Part shown: positions 40,101 through 53,348 of the stretch, one piece after another
Layout: every line of letters begins with the position of its first letter
How positions within the stretch are numbered: the stretch's first letter is position 1
Origin: Laetmonice hystrix
Lineage: Eukaryota
Reading direction: 5' to 3'
Length of the DNA stretch: 64,000 bases
NCBI GenBank assembly: GCA_965235115.1
Contig: OZ249436.1
Span: 46,874,001 to 46,938,000 of the forward strand
Position numbers and translations under genes: made by a program
Notes under the pieces: model-generated
Database searches by the model: none
Told to the model about the DNA's origin: nothing
The model's input: the letters and a program-made list of their open reading frames with translations, nothing else

Positions 40101-43100
40101 TCCACGGTGCACGTCTGACACTCGAGGCACATCAATCAGTAATTACAGAAACCCACTTATAATCATTGCGACAGAATGCTACTGTTTTAAACCAAACATT
40201 TAATGTGTATCTATGGGTTAACTGTGCCGAAGACTTTCTAATCTAGATGATTATCAATCAATCATGTTAACACGGTAAATACCAGCCAGGTTCTAATATC
40301 TCAACTGTTAATTACTCACGTGTTATTTGTCAGATACTAACGACAAAAGTCGTGGTTAACTTCTCTGAGAGACGTAAGAAAATCGACAAAAATCCTACTG
40401 ATGTCAGAAAATTGACAGGTTAACATTTTTAATTTTGTTCTAATGTGCATATGAATATGAATAATAATCTTTGTTCTGAAAATACTTGGCCATTGGGCGA
40501 CTTTCTAATTTCTTTTAAATTGTTTCTTTAAGTGAGATGATAATGAAACAGGTGTATATCAAATACCCCCCCCCCCCGCCCCCGCCAAGGACTGTGAGAA
40601 TATTGGTCTGCTAATACCTGTGTTATATCATAGACCTGAATATCTATATTCAGGTCTATGGTTATATAGACCAGTTTGGTGCAAGTCAGATTAAAATCGC
40701 TCTGTAATTACACCGGAAATAATGAGAGACCAAGATGTGCCCTTTAAACGAAGGCAACATTCACACAACTATGAAAGTAATCAAACTTAAACACCGCAAT
40801 ATAATCTCAAAACAAGTACATGAGCTGACTCAGCATTTGGTAAAGTATCAACATTAACACTTGGTTAGCAACACTTTACTTTAACTACGACTGTGGACAG
40901 CTACCAGCATCAAAAAGTGACAACAATGTGAGCTACCATAACAAATCATGTTGTCCTAACAACACGTGAAGAAACTGACCACGTTTACAGCCACACCTCA
41001 GTCAATGTTACCTGAGACCGAGCCACGTTCACAGCCACACCTCACTCAATGTTACCTGAGACCGAGCCACGTTCACAGCCACACCTCACTCAATGTTACC
41101 TGAGACCGAGCAACGTTCACAGCCAAACCTCACTCAATGTTACCTGAGACCGAGCCACGTTCACAGCTAAACCTCACTCAATGTTACCTGAGACCGAGTC
41201 ACGTTCACAGTCACACCTCACTCAATGTTACCTGAGACCGAGCCACGTTCACAGTCACACCTCACTCAATGTTACCTGAGACCGAGTCACGTTCACAGCC
41301 AAACCTCACTCAATGTTACCTGAGACCGAGCCACGTTCACAGTCACACCTCACTCAATGTTACCTGAGACCGGGCAACGTTCACAGTCCCACCTCACTCA
41401 ATGTTACCTGAGACCGAGTCACGTTCACAGTCACACCTCACTCAATGTTACCTGAGACCGAGCCACGTTCACGGTCACACCTCACTCAATGTTACCTGAG
41501 ACCGAGTCACGTTCACAGCCAAACCTCACTCAATGTTACCTGAGACCGAGCCACGTTCACAGCCAAACCTCACTCAATGTTACTTGAGACCGAGCAACGT
41601 TCACAGCCACACCTCACTCAATGTTACCTGAGACCGAGCCACGTTCACAGTCCCACCTCACTCAATGTTACCTGAGACCGAGTCACGTTCACAGCCAAAC
41701 CTCACTCAATGTTACCTGAGACCGAGCCACATTCACAGCCACACCTCACTCAATGTTACCTGAGACCGGTCAGTTAATGTGAGCGACCATAACAAATCAT
41801 ATTGTTAACACGTGAAGAAACTGACCACATGAACAGTCACACCTCACTCAATGTTACCTGAGACCGAGCCACGTTCAGTCACACCTCACTCAATTTTACC
41901 TGAGACCGGTCGGTTAATCCATGCGACATGTACGACGAATACGACATCCAGGAAAGCTATAAACACAATTTTCAATCCACTCAAAACCCTCCAAATTTAG
42001 TGAATATTTTTTCAGTCCTCTGCAATGTCTTCCCCCCCCCCCCATATTATCATGGTTTTCTCTTTAGAAACCAAGTTATACTTAGCGAGAGCTGTATATT
42101 TCGGCGGCAGAATGAACATATTTTGATTGGATTTATAAATCAGAATGCACATTTTCCCCCTATTTTTCAACTTTGTTTTTTCTTTTATTTCAGCCAAGCT
42201 ACACCCCTGATAGCAGACCCTCATGTTTGCAGCTGCTCGCTTTATCCGACATCAAGCAACTATACTGCAAATATTTTTTAATGTGGTACGAAGAATTTGA
42301 TTGCTCTCTTCACATTTCTGTCATTTTGTGCCAAACGTTTAAATGCTAACCTAAAAGGCGGTACCAGTGACATGAAAACTCATGATTGCTGGCGTGACAA
42401 AACGTCTATGACCTACAAACAGAACCGCATGCGGCACGTCACAATGCTATACCAACATTCCAAGATTCTCAAGGGGAAAAACTGGAGAAAAATAAAAAAA
42501 GTCTATTAAAATAAGGTACCCTATGCAAACGATTCAAAATCAGCAACATTGAACTGCAATTCACCAACATTAAATCCATGTCTTAATACGGCTGATTTAA
42601 AAAACAACAACATCACAATGAAAAACTGACACTGTGAAATGAAATGAAATTGGGGGAAGAAACTGCAGGATATAAGATAGCAAAAAACCATGGGAGGCAG
42701 AAGCATTAATTGATGAGTCGTATAATACCTGGGGGTTTAATAAAGAAGAATCTCCTTGCGTTGGCTGCAATGGGAAGGAAGGCGGTAAATGTGGTTACCC
42801 GCTTGCTTTAGCAAGATGCACGTTACTATGACTCCTGCATCACAAACCCCATTCACCATACACTGTCAATCCTTACTGAGAGTGGGCCATTTTGGGTTAC
42901 GTTCAGGATTTACAAAATGTACACAGTCGAAATAAGGCATTCCCCCATTTTACCAACTTTTAAACTTTCTTATTCAAAATAAAATCTCTTTATTTCAAAT
43001 TAGATTCCAGTAAAATCTTACTCTTCAGGAAACATACGATTCTCTTCAGATTTCAGATTTGACATGAAAACACACTGAGACATGTTGTGGCCCTGTTGAT

Positions 43101-46100
43101 TAACGTGTGAACGAACTGACAGAGATGGTGAATTTGATATAATATCAGTAGAAGCCTGACACCCGACAACCTGAACGTAAGCAACCTCCCAACCTCCTTC
43201 CTGACCACAACCAACATTTATACACAGATACAACTTAGGTCAAAGGTCATCCTTCGCCGTTACCTGGTCAGTTTGATGTTGACTTTCTTCAACTGTCTTC
43301 AACATTTCTTTATTCTTAGGTTTCTATAACAAAAGTTAATAGTGGCACATTTTAGACACTAAAACACGCTCCAAGACAAAGTTTTCCCCTAACTGGAACG
43401 TCACATGCTGTAGGCAAACCCTGAAGGTGGGTCCCTTCATCATGCTGGCAAAACTTACGAAAATAAAACCTTCTTATCCCTAGCTGAGGAACCTGGAGGG
43501 TGTTTCAATAAGCCAACGGACAGTCCGTTACTTGGTTGTATGGCCTGCAATTTTTGGTCCGTTACTGAAACACCCCTGTTATAATAAGGTTATCAACCAA
43601 CCTATTTCTGTCCTTTCTGTCAGGGCTAAAGTCAATATTTAAAGGATTTATGTCTGGTTTTGAGAACTAGCTGATTTCTTCCTTGGAACACTGGGGCAAA
43701 AACTGGTTGGTGTTCAAAATTGACATTGAATCAGTCATGCGGTTACTCCATTCAGTTTTTATTTGAACGAATTGATGGCAAGAGATACCAGGACCACTTT
43801 CAGCTGATCATGTTCTCACTAAAACTCATTCATCACTGGAGAATATTTCAGAATATTTCACTACATACACCTTAATATCTTAATTAATTTACCTCGAACA
43901 CTTAATTACTGATTCCTTAATTACCGGGGCACTCATGTATCGTTAAACCTGTGCATGCTCCATACATACCAAAATGCTGTCATTCTTCAAATACAAAAAT
44001 TATGTCACTTTTATAATTATAGACCTATCTAAGTGAATGGCCCTTTTTTTAAACAGAACTTTAATAAATTACAAATCAATATACAACGAATATCGACTTA
44101 ATCTAGAAATTTATCGGTCATTTGTCTCTGAAGTATATAAAGAGACAGCACGTTCTCTCGTGACGCCCCGTGGTTACGACTGGATTTCCACGAATCTCAC
44201 CAAGTGACAAAACAGCACATTTATAACGTATCTTTGGGGTCAAGGTAAACTTAAATCACCTTCAATGTATCCATCTCCTCCATGTATGAAGAAATACTGG
44301 TTGGTGCGAAGCTGCGACTGTGGAGATACGGTTTGCGCTTGGAAGATTTCCTGGACGGACTCTGAAACACAAATTGAACACCATTCTTAACCTCATCCAC
44401 TGCAGATCTATACACAATCTTAAAATACTTAAAATCTATTATCTTATTGCAAACTTTTGATTCTTGATTGATCCTACTCAGCCTTAACACGTTCTTGATG
44501 GTTTCATGAAGGCTACACTTGATTATGCTCTAATGTGACGAGTAGAAATAAAATGGCATAATGACATAACATCTGTGTTACATAAATCAATGAGCCAAGG
44601 AAATGGAGTCCTGACTCAGTGCAACTAGTTAAGCAAACTCTGTGAAAAAACAAATATCTAGGTTATAAAAAATTATGAAATTTTCAAAATCTGTCACTGA
44701 AAAGAGGCTGAGCATGTAGACTAGACATGCAAAATATTTTATGGGTTTTAAATGACAATATTTATGTGGAGCCCTGAACAAAAGAAACATAGTTTGAATA
44801 AAATGTTCAAAACATGAGGTGCCCTGAATTACCCCCCCCCCCCCTGCTCCCCCCTAAAACATGCACCTTATTAAACGACCATGCGGGTAACCATTAATAA
44901 TGGTAAGAGGTTAGACAAAACGTACGGACATGAATCCATCTAGTGAGCGTTGTACCTGAAAATTTGAAAGTTGTCTTTTTAATGTGTTTTTCTAACAGTT
45001 GTCAACTACATGAAGCAGAATCTCTCCCATGTCATGACTTCAGCTGCATTTTACCAGCAAACAAATGATTCAAAGCAAACATGCACTTATGATTATTATT
45101 TCATTCACCAGAGTCTTGGGGTCCACTGAAATCTTGAAAATGGTGCGGGAACTAGGGACAAGGGTCCAACATTTCCACACCATCGAACTCTTCTGTCCTG
45201 GTCCATGGTCCAATATTTAAATTGTTTGTAAGGGAAAAGACTGAATAAATGAAGACATGATCACTCCCTCTAACAGACCTGTTTGGTTTGGGTGTCTTCT
45301 TTGAATGAATTCAGATTTCAAAATACAATTTTAACTGAGAGTATGAAATATAATTTTCATCACGAAACGTTTCCATATCTTGACAAACCAGTACTAAAAC
45401 ACTGCCCTTGTGTAAGCTATTTTCTGTGCCAAACTCAAGAGTCAAAACTGAACTTTATAATAAACTTTACCAACAAAACTCAGGAGGTAACCATGCTGAT
45501 CACGTTACCAGGGACCAGAACAACAAGTTTCCCTGGCAGTACAGATCCTTGTCGTGAAGACGTCGGGACATCTTTGAAGAGTTTCAGCTAGTGGATTTAG
45601 TAGACTGTTATGACATCTACTGCCCTGCAAGGAATCAAACCAACTCGCCACCGTTCATGCATCCCAAGCGGACAGTCTTGGACACCAGTCAGTTTCGTTT
45701 GCTGCACATTCTTCAGACTACTCCAAGATCAGTCCATTAGAAAAGATCATTTCTCGGTTAGCTTTTTCCCAGTAAAGAAGCCAGCAAACTATGGATACTT
45801 TAGATCAATATAATTTACAGTTTCATCTATTGGATTTAGAATCGACTAGGGAAAATCCTGGTCCTTTATTTTCTGATTTATTTGTAGTTCCCTCTAACAG
45901 TTAAACCCTACCGTACCGGCAATAACACGATGCAAAGATCACGTGCTGAGTCAAATTTCTCAGATGACATGCTTGATTCCCCTGGTCCCCAATCATATGC
46001 CAGAACTCAAATGACCAATTAGACGCAGGCTCTGGTCAGCAACTTTTCATCATCACCCCCTAACGAAAACAATTAATGTCATAACTAGAAGTAAAAGCAA

Positions 46101-49021
46101 GTTTCTGTGGTATTTATCTTCTCTCTCAAGAATAATTAATTCTCTTGATCGCGGATTCCAGTTCAAAGTCTGTGTTCCTCAAAAGAAAATACTACTAAAT
46201 TTCTAGCCTCTTTATATTTCAATTCAAATTGAAGGTAAGCCGTAGGCCTACTTTAAAATATTAAAGTACATTGTTCAAATATATATTTCAGAAAAAAAGG
46301 TTAAAAATACTAATAATTTGAAAGATAAACCCCTGGATTGTCTGAGGTTAGATAATGGAACAAAATGAAGCTGTTGTCGTGAGACAAAACTTAAAACAAA
46401 GCAGAAGAGAAAAATGCTGATTCTGTCACCGTAACACCACAAGGCCTGCAGCGCGATAACATAAGCAGTTCAAGCAAGCCTTACCCTCCATAACCCTGAC
46501 GACTTCCCGACTGAAGACTCTGGGATTTTATCGTCTTCCTGTTGAAGTTACCATCAATAGTAAAACAACGTGTTGTGGTGGTACTGCACCCCACTAACAC
46601 ACGTGACTGTGTGCTGGCTACAGTCTCAGTGCCTGGGTTACCAAGACAAGCACCCTGGTGGACTGAACTCGTACCAGAAATAACATCAACCAAACACCAA
46701 GGTTGAAGATTAAGGAAAAGAAGCGTACATCGTATAGAGAGAGAAAGAAAAAAAACTAGGCCAAACCGCCAAAAATCTCCCCTTCTCAAATCATAGTTTG
46801 GATCCCATCACAATGTGGCAGAAGTTGACCTTCAAGTTGGAACTGCAATGGAGAGAACCTGTCCTGCCACCAAGATTACATCAGAAAAAAAACTACAAAA
46901 TTCCTGTCGGTAAGTTACAAGCAAAATACAAGCATTTGAAAAAATGAATCTCTGTCCAAACCAACTGCTCAAAGTTTCACATTTTGAAGTTAGTAGTATG
47001 TGAAAATAGGCCTCTTGTGCATGGCTTGAGATTGTGACAGTGACAGTTAAACATGGAATATTGTCTTCACCGTAAAGTGAAATTAATATTGATGAAGTCT
47101 TACCACAAGTGTTTTCATTCCATCATAGGCCATCTTGGCCACTGAATCCTTGCGTAATTTACGTGTCGGGTGAATCCTCATGGACCGACGACTGCTGCTG
47201 GCTGTCGATATCTGACGGGACATCTGTCTCATGGGAAACCCTCGCTACAAAAAATATCATTAAAACATTATAATATATAACAAATAAAAAAATATTAGGG
47301 GCTTGCATATAGGTAGCTTATACCATCGACATGATCAATAGCACTCAGTAGTTCCCTTAAAAGGCCAGTATATCGCTGTTTAGGACTAAACTGCTGCTAC
47401 AAAAGTTGCCATGGGGATTGTTAAAAAACACTGTGTGAAAAGGTTTGTGTTATTTGTGGTATACATGAAATCAATTTCCAGGATTTTTATTCGAAGGCAC
47501 TGAGCTCTTTCTTCTCAATTTCAGAATAATTTAAGTATCACAGCGACCATTTGGCAACAACCTTTTATTCAACTAAAAGAAATTTGCCTAGATACGATTG
47601 TTAATCCTCAGAGATTTCCAACTAAGACATGATGGTAATGTAATCTACCACCAAGCCTACCTGTTTACGTGGGATAGCCAGTGGGTCGTAGGGCATGGGT
47701 GTGGGTCGGGCCGAGAAGCTGGCAGAGAGTGGGTGTTGAGTTCCGAGGTGTGCGCCTGCCGACACCGCACCATGATGGCTGTACGGACCACCAAACGTGG
47801 ACCCTGTGTCGACGAACACACTGTCCATGGTCCCGGACCGTATCAGTCCCGGCTTCACGCGACCACCCACTGATGCCTTGCGCGCCAGGTTCATACTCCG
47901 CTGACGCCATTTCTCTTGTTCCTCCGGACACTCCTCCCCTACTCCGAAGAAATCGGCAACGCTCCTCTTCATGGACCTGCGCATTCAAATCAAATGTACA
48001 CAGAAGATATTTTGGTGAACAATTGGTTTATATCAATGTAAGGGGAATTTTTTTCTAAGGACGTTTTTAGGATGCTCTCATTCAATTTAAAGGGGCATGC
48101 TATGAAACACGTTTTTGAGGATTTCCGGCAATTAGCCAACATGATCGTGTACTAGGGATCCAAGTAAATAATCCTACCACAGCATTTTGTCCTCTGACGT
48201 GTTTTCGCTGCGCATGCAGCACAAGTAGGTTCTATACGACCAAACCTATAGATTTCTCCCGATAGCACATCTCCTGCCATAATTTGGCAGACAACCCCCC
48301 CATCAACCAGTGTAATTGCATACTGTGTCACATCCTGTGTGTGCACGCTCTGCATGTGCTTAGTCACGTGCTTCGCTTAGTTGTAAACAATTCAGCAGTG
48401 GCACTCGATCGTCCGGCATCAGAATGCCACCCAAAAAAATATTTTACGAAATCGGCAGAGAAGCAGGCAAGGGAGCTTAATAAACTTCCATTTCTCACGC
48501 AAAATGAAACTGATAAGTCTGTCTTTGTTTACTAAGCAATTTTAATGAAGGATCTCTTTATGAAAACAGCAAAAGTTCTATGAAATACCGATTTTTAACG
48601 TTTCCTCATAATATGCCCCTTTAAAGGTGACATACATTGCAGGACTTTTTCTGTTGCCCTCCCCAAAAAATCTTGTGGGACTAATGCTACGTTTGGTAGT
48701 CCTCATGAATACGACTCGTGTTGTGAGACGTGGTCGTGAATACGACTCGTGAGACGCTAGAGCATTCGGGTCGTTGTCACCACCAGCCTGAACTCGTATG
48801 GTTTTGGACAGTCAAGGTGAAGGTCACAAAGTCGTTCCTTACGAGAACCTCTGAGTTCACGAGTGGTGTTCACGAAGATGACAAAAATAGAGGGTTCAAA
48901 ATGTCACTGACCTGCCAAGACCTTTCAACTTGTCTCGTCTACTGCTCTGTGTCATGACGCTCGTGTGGCGCGAGTACGGTTCGATGGCGATATCATCGAT
49001 ACCGACATCTGCCGACGCCAT
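31135..49021 (-). CDS. RHBDF1: Inactive rhomboid protein (iRhom / RHBDF family), 16 coding exons, ~922 aa
   Basis: Exons 49021-48912, 47976-47661, 47244-47104, 44361-44260, 43323-43264, 41956-41900, 40053-39710, 36178-35909, 35598-35487, 35322-35248, 35084-34923, 34736-34572, 34427-34254, 32335-32235, 32052-31899, 31560-31135; 2769 nt, phase-consistent. Motifs: [44 protein letters not shown], Cys-rich iRhom homology domain ([37 protein letters not shown]), [25 protein letters not shown], and the iRhom hallmark GPAG replacing the catalytic GxSG. The two small phase-0 exons (43323-43264, 41956-41900) are less certain. The symbol denotes the RHBDF1/2 co-ortholog. Confidence 0.95.
32310..33981 (-). 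repeat. 36-bp tandem array (~46 copies) whose unit contains an iRhom 3' splice site plus the first 25 nt of the exon
   Basis: Minus-strand unit GTATGTTGTAG|GTGTCATGTATGAACGAGATCTGTG; the last copy is the start of the real exon (VSCMNEICG..., 32335). Confidence 0.97.
34428..34514 (-). repeat. 21-bp tandem repeat x4 duplicating an iRhom branch point/3' splice site
   Basis: Minus-strand unit CTAATTGTGTTATGGTTTTAG; AG dinucleotides at 34428, 34449, 34470, 34491 and 34512. Confidence 0.9.
36421..36737. repeat. 42-bp minisatellite, ~7.5 near-identical copies
   Basis: ACATCCTGCTGACCGACTATTAAAACATTCATCTGCCCGAAT in tandem. Confidence 0.97.
40629..40660. mobile_element. 32-bp TIR-only mini-element with 7-bp target-site duplication
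   Basis: GTTATAT|CATAGACCTGAATAT-CT-ATATTCAGGTCTATG|GTTATAT: perfect 15-bp arms and an exact 7-bp flanking duplication. Confidence 0.75.
40978..41910 (-). repeat. 44-bp tandem array (~20 copies) whose unit contains an iRhom exon end and 5' splice site
   Basis: Minus-strand unit GGTCTCAG|GTAACATTGAGTGAGGTGTGGCTGTGAACGTGGCTC; the first copy is the real donor at 41900/41899 (CAG|GTAAAA). Confidence 0.95.
48091..48620. mobile_element. Kolobok-like non-autonomous DNA transposon (TTAA TSD, AG..CT termini), 530 bp
   Basis: TTAA|AGGGGCATGCTATGA ... TCATAATATGCCCCT|TTAA; a closely similar copy starts at 63552. A TTAA TSD with purine-starting ends fits Kolobok rather than piggyBac (CC..GG). Confidence 0.85.
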
Positions 49022-51456
49022 CTTGGATTGTTCACCTTCTCGCCTTTATTTAACCACTCCGGTGGGTCATAAGGTCACTGAAAGCATTGGGGTTTTCTCC
49101 TCCGGTACCTGTCACAGAAAATAAACATTCATAATGTTAACAGAATACGTATGCAAACCCTCATTTCAATGTCAAACATGCTGGGGTGTACAAAAATCCC
49201 AGGGCTTCCTGGTACTGATATCTGAAACCAGCCGAAGATGGGAAACAGGGGAAGCGAACCACCACAGTGGGAACAGTGACCTGGAGACCCAGGACTAATG
49301 CACTGAAAAAAGCAAAAAAGATGGTATATATTTTTACCAGTATACATTGTGTGTCCTTGAGTGTTTGAGAAAAATATTTCAAAAACTGCATGTGATGATT
49401 GGCTCTGTACAGATCACATTTGGCTGTTTTTTTTATCTTTGGCCTATTTTTTTTGCTCATTTGAGCAAAAGGCGTAAAAAATCACCCAAAACACCAAACA
49501 AACTCAATCTACTGTGATCCTCACCTATGTGTGAGAAATGCTAAGTTGAAGTATGAACTGATATTTGATATGTCATGTTAACGCAGTGAGTGAATTGATA
49601 TTGTGCCTTCAATCACCCAGAATGATCACCATTCAAACCCTTTGGACCTGTTCACAATGGAAAACTATGGTCTTTGCCATGAGGCAAAGTGCGGTCTATA
49701 GAGGTTATGCAGTGACGTCATTCAGAGGGAAACAGCATGCTAATGTTGATGTTCATACATGTGCATGAGCATTGGCAGAGACGGGTCACGGTTCATTAGC
49801 TTCTATTGTCCACGGTCTATTTATAAATGTACCTCGGTTTGCTGTCCCTCTAAAATACGTCACCCGTGTAACCTCTATAATATTCCTACCAGTCTGTAGC
49901 CTGTTTTCTCACACTGAAAATCCCCCTACCCCACCCAAGGCTGACAGCATCTCCAGGCATCAATCTCAGCCTCCATCTCTTCCATGCCCGCTCCATCCTC
50001 CTGAGTTACCTCCTTACATTACTCAATACCGCTGAAACTGAAACTACTGTTCTAACTTCACAAACTCGGCTAACCTGCATCATGGACAACCTTATGAATG
50101 TAATTCCTACATCACGATTATGAGTCAGTAATCGACCTTCCCACTTCTAACATTACAAGTACTGGTACAGTATTTTACTGTTTCTCTCAAGTCAACAAGC
50201 CAGCTCAATCGATGTCGGATATAAACTGGTAACTGTAGCCTGACGTGATTTTGACACATACTACGTACGTAGTACCCTCACAGATGCTCAAATAATGACG
50301 ACTGGTGGGTAACCAAACAGTCCCTGATAAAGTCATCCTCTCTGTCCTACAAAACTCTCTCCTACACTATAACAGGTGGGGTAGAGTTAAGTAGGCCATA
50401 CTGGTCTAGTTTAGAGAGAAATGGGATGAACAGGGAGTGGACACTTCCACTATCATTCTTCACCTGGGGGGAAAACCTTTCAAGTGGCCCTTCTGACGAC
50501 AAAGGACCGTTAATCTTTTGGCGATCGCCACTTAATACCTTTCAAGTCCCTCTTATAGTTACTCCTTAAGTGTCGGGGGTGGGGGTCCTACCACTCCATG
50601 TCATCGAACACATTAACAATCTAAACCGAAGACTTGACACAGGCGGATATGTTCATGGGTAATGTTGGAGTTCATCTTCTGCTCTGGCCAGGATACAATC
50701 CAACGCTTGTAACACCAAGCGTTCAGAGCAAGAGGCAAAGACGATTTTTACCTACAGTACTGATAGAATGCCTTTTATTTAGACACAAATGCCCTAGATC
50801 CCTTCTTTTCTAGCAATCTTGTCTCTTGAGTGACTATAAAATATGACCTCACGAGATGTTGAGAATTTCTGTGCCATTATCAGATATTCCACAGACCATG
50901 ACCAATGCCCACTCAACCTTGTTCAGCATACTCTGCTTTATCACAAGTACAATGTACTCGTTTTCGTCTTATTTGTTTGTCTTGTTCTACGACATATAAT
51001 CAACGAGTAAGTCCAAACTTGGGGGTGGGGGGGGGGGGTAAGTCAGCAGATCTGTCTCAGGTTCCAGAAGAATGAGAAAGAATCTTCACATAAAGTTATA
51101 GTAGAATCCTTGGCTGTACGTTGCCAAGGTCAAAGATAAGATCTATGCCATTTCCGACAGGTACAAAGATGTCTGCCACCCACCTATAGCACACTGAACT
51201 CCAGGTTAATCTGGTTCCAACAGCGATACGTTCAGTGTCACAAAACGTTATGTTAAGTGACTTTAGAGACCAGAATGTGTATCGTTTTCTAACGCTGCCT
51301 GCGACTGAACACATCCTTTGACATACCCTGGCCATTCACGAGAGGTCAACTGTAAAATATTAAACGAGACTGATGACTTGATCTGTATGGACCTCACTGT
51401 CCCGTGGGCAGATGGGATGGGAAACATGCATGCCTGGCCTGTACTTCAGGTACAGT

Positions 51457-51791
51457 CAAGGGCGGATGAAGGGTACCTTGGGCCCCTGGCGGTACCCCAT
51501 CCATGCCCCCCCCCCCTCCCCACCACCACAACCCCCTATTCCATATGATCAAGAATGACTCCACTATTCTTGATACGATACCGAGGAAGGAGAATTTATT
51601 TATTTAAAATTTTCAAAATGATCCTTATAACGAAACTCGCTTCAGTTTAGAATAACACCGTTCAACTTACAGTAGAATAAAACTCGTGCGTTCTAGCGCC
51701 CCCCCCCCCTGTTCTTTTTTGGGGGGCATGGGCCCCATCAAGGCATGGGACCCTGGGCCGCCCAGATCGCCCAATGGTTAATCCGCCACTG
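51457..51791. mobile_element. G/C-tract MITE related to the 13876 element
   Basis: Ends CAAGGGCGGAT / ATCCGCCACTG; internal poly-C/poly-G tracts; ACAGT on both flanks. Confidence 0.6.
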
Positions 51792-53348
51792 ACAGTGCCA
51801 GTGGGTCTTCAGTGCTTGTTTTTACGGAGATGAAGTAAAGAAATGAGGACAGAAGCTAAAAATAAAGCTGACAGCGTTCCAGTGACATCAGTACACGGTG
51901 CGGTTCTCATGTAAAACCATGGCAAGTTCTGAGGCCACTTCCGAAGGTCTAGACCTAACTCATGTTGATAAATACCTGTCCTTACGCCCACACCACACAG
52001 TGACAGCACCTTGGAATCCTACATGCAATCCCACACTCCCTTGTCAACAATACCTGTGTGTTAATATCTTATGTTGTCAGCTGGATGATGGATTCATCCG
52101 ACTGAATACAAATAAAATTCATAGAAAGCTCAGTCTAATCCATGACAGTATCTTTTTCAATCCCCAAATCTTACTCTTACTCAAACGAATTTAGATTTTC
52201 ATGAAATTCTAAATTACAGATCGATCTCTAAGTTCATTTGACTTTTTTTTCCATTATCCTGCAGCCATTTGCGAGCCAAACTTTATTTCTGTCACAGAAC
52301 CCAGATCAAGGAAGGTACGGTACTCGGATTCAGATACCATAACTTTTCAAGAACAAAAAAAATGTGGATTACCGGGCAAATACTGTCAATAATATCAGTA
52401 CATCCAACCAAGGATGATGGAATCATTCCACCATCCTTGATGCAACTACAAGTTTGTAATGTATTCAGTCCATGGGGTCAATGTCATAGAAGTGCACCGT
52501 TTAGGGCCGTACTCATCCTGTTATCTTGTAATTATGTCGGCACAATGTCTCTGCCAACATACTGAATGTCTGAGGTGTCAATCCAAATGCTATTTATGAC
52601 TTTACTCATGTGGTACTGCCATTGGTAAGTAGTCAACATGAACCAAAGGTCACACATAAATGGGTCAAATATAGTCTGGTTTCATTTTATGGTAGGTGTG
52701 GCCCTTGATCTGTTCATTAAAGAAACTAAAAGAGAATGAATTCGATAAATACTAATTTACCAATCAAAACAAAAAAAACACGTTATAATGTACATAAGAT
52801 AGTGAAACCTTTAACAGGCCCTGGAGGTCAGTCAGTCGATCATGTCAGACGGCACCACCTGACAGGTCCCTAGATAATATGATTGATTGATATCAGCATC
52901 ATCATCGGTTATCCCCTCAGACATCCTGGAACTGGTCATTTACCCTGATTTCAGATCCCACCCCGGACCTACCCCCCAGCTGGGGCACCCTATGTCCGGT
53001 ACCCTTACTGTACCGTTAATGTTGTACCCTAAGGCATCACAAGTACCGGTACATGACCCGAGACTGGCTCACAGTTAATTGGATTTATAATAACCAGTCG
53101 CTGATCTCTAAGTGGGGACAAACACTACATTTTGTGATTACTCCTTTCTTCCTGCCATGAAGAGTTAAGGTGGGGGTAATACCATATTACCTAATGCCAA
53201 AGTCAGAACGGCTCAGCACTTTCTTTTTCGGCTTTTGCGGGCCTGTAGATTGAAAATGTCCTGTACCATGTTACATAATCGCCACAATTAACAATCAGGC
53301 CCGACATGCTTTCATGTGTGGGCACCCCCGAACTCACTGACTGCAGGC

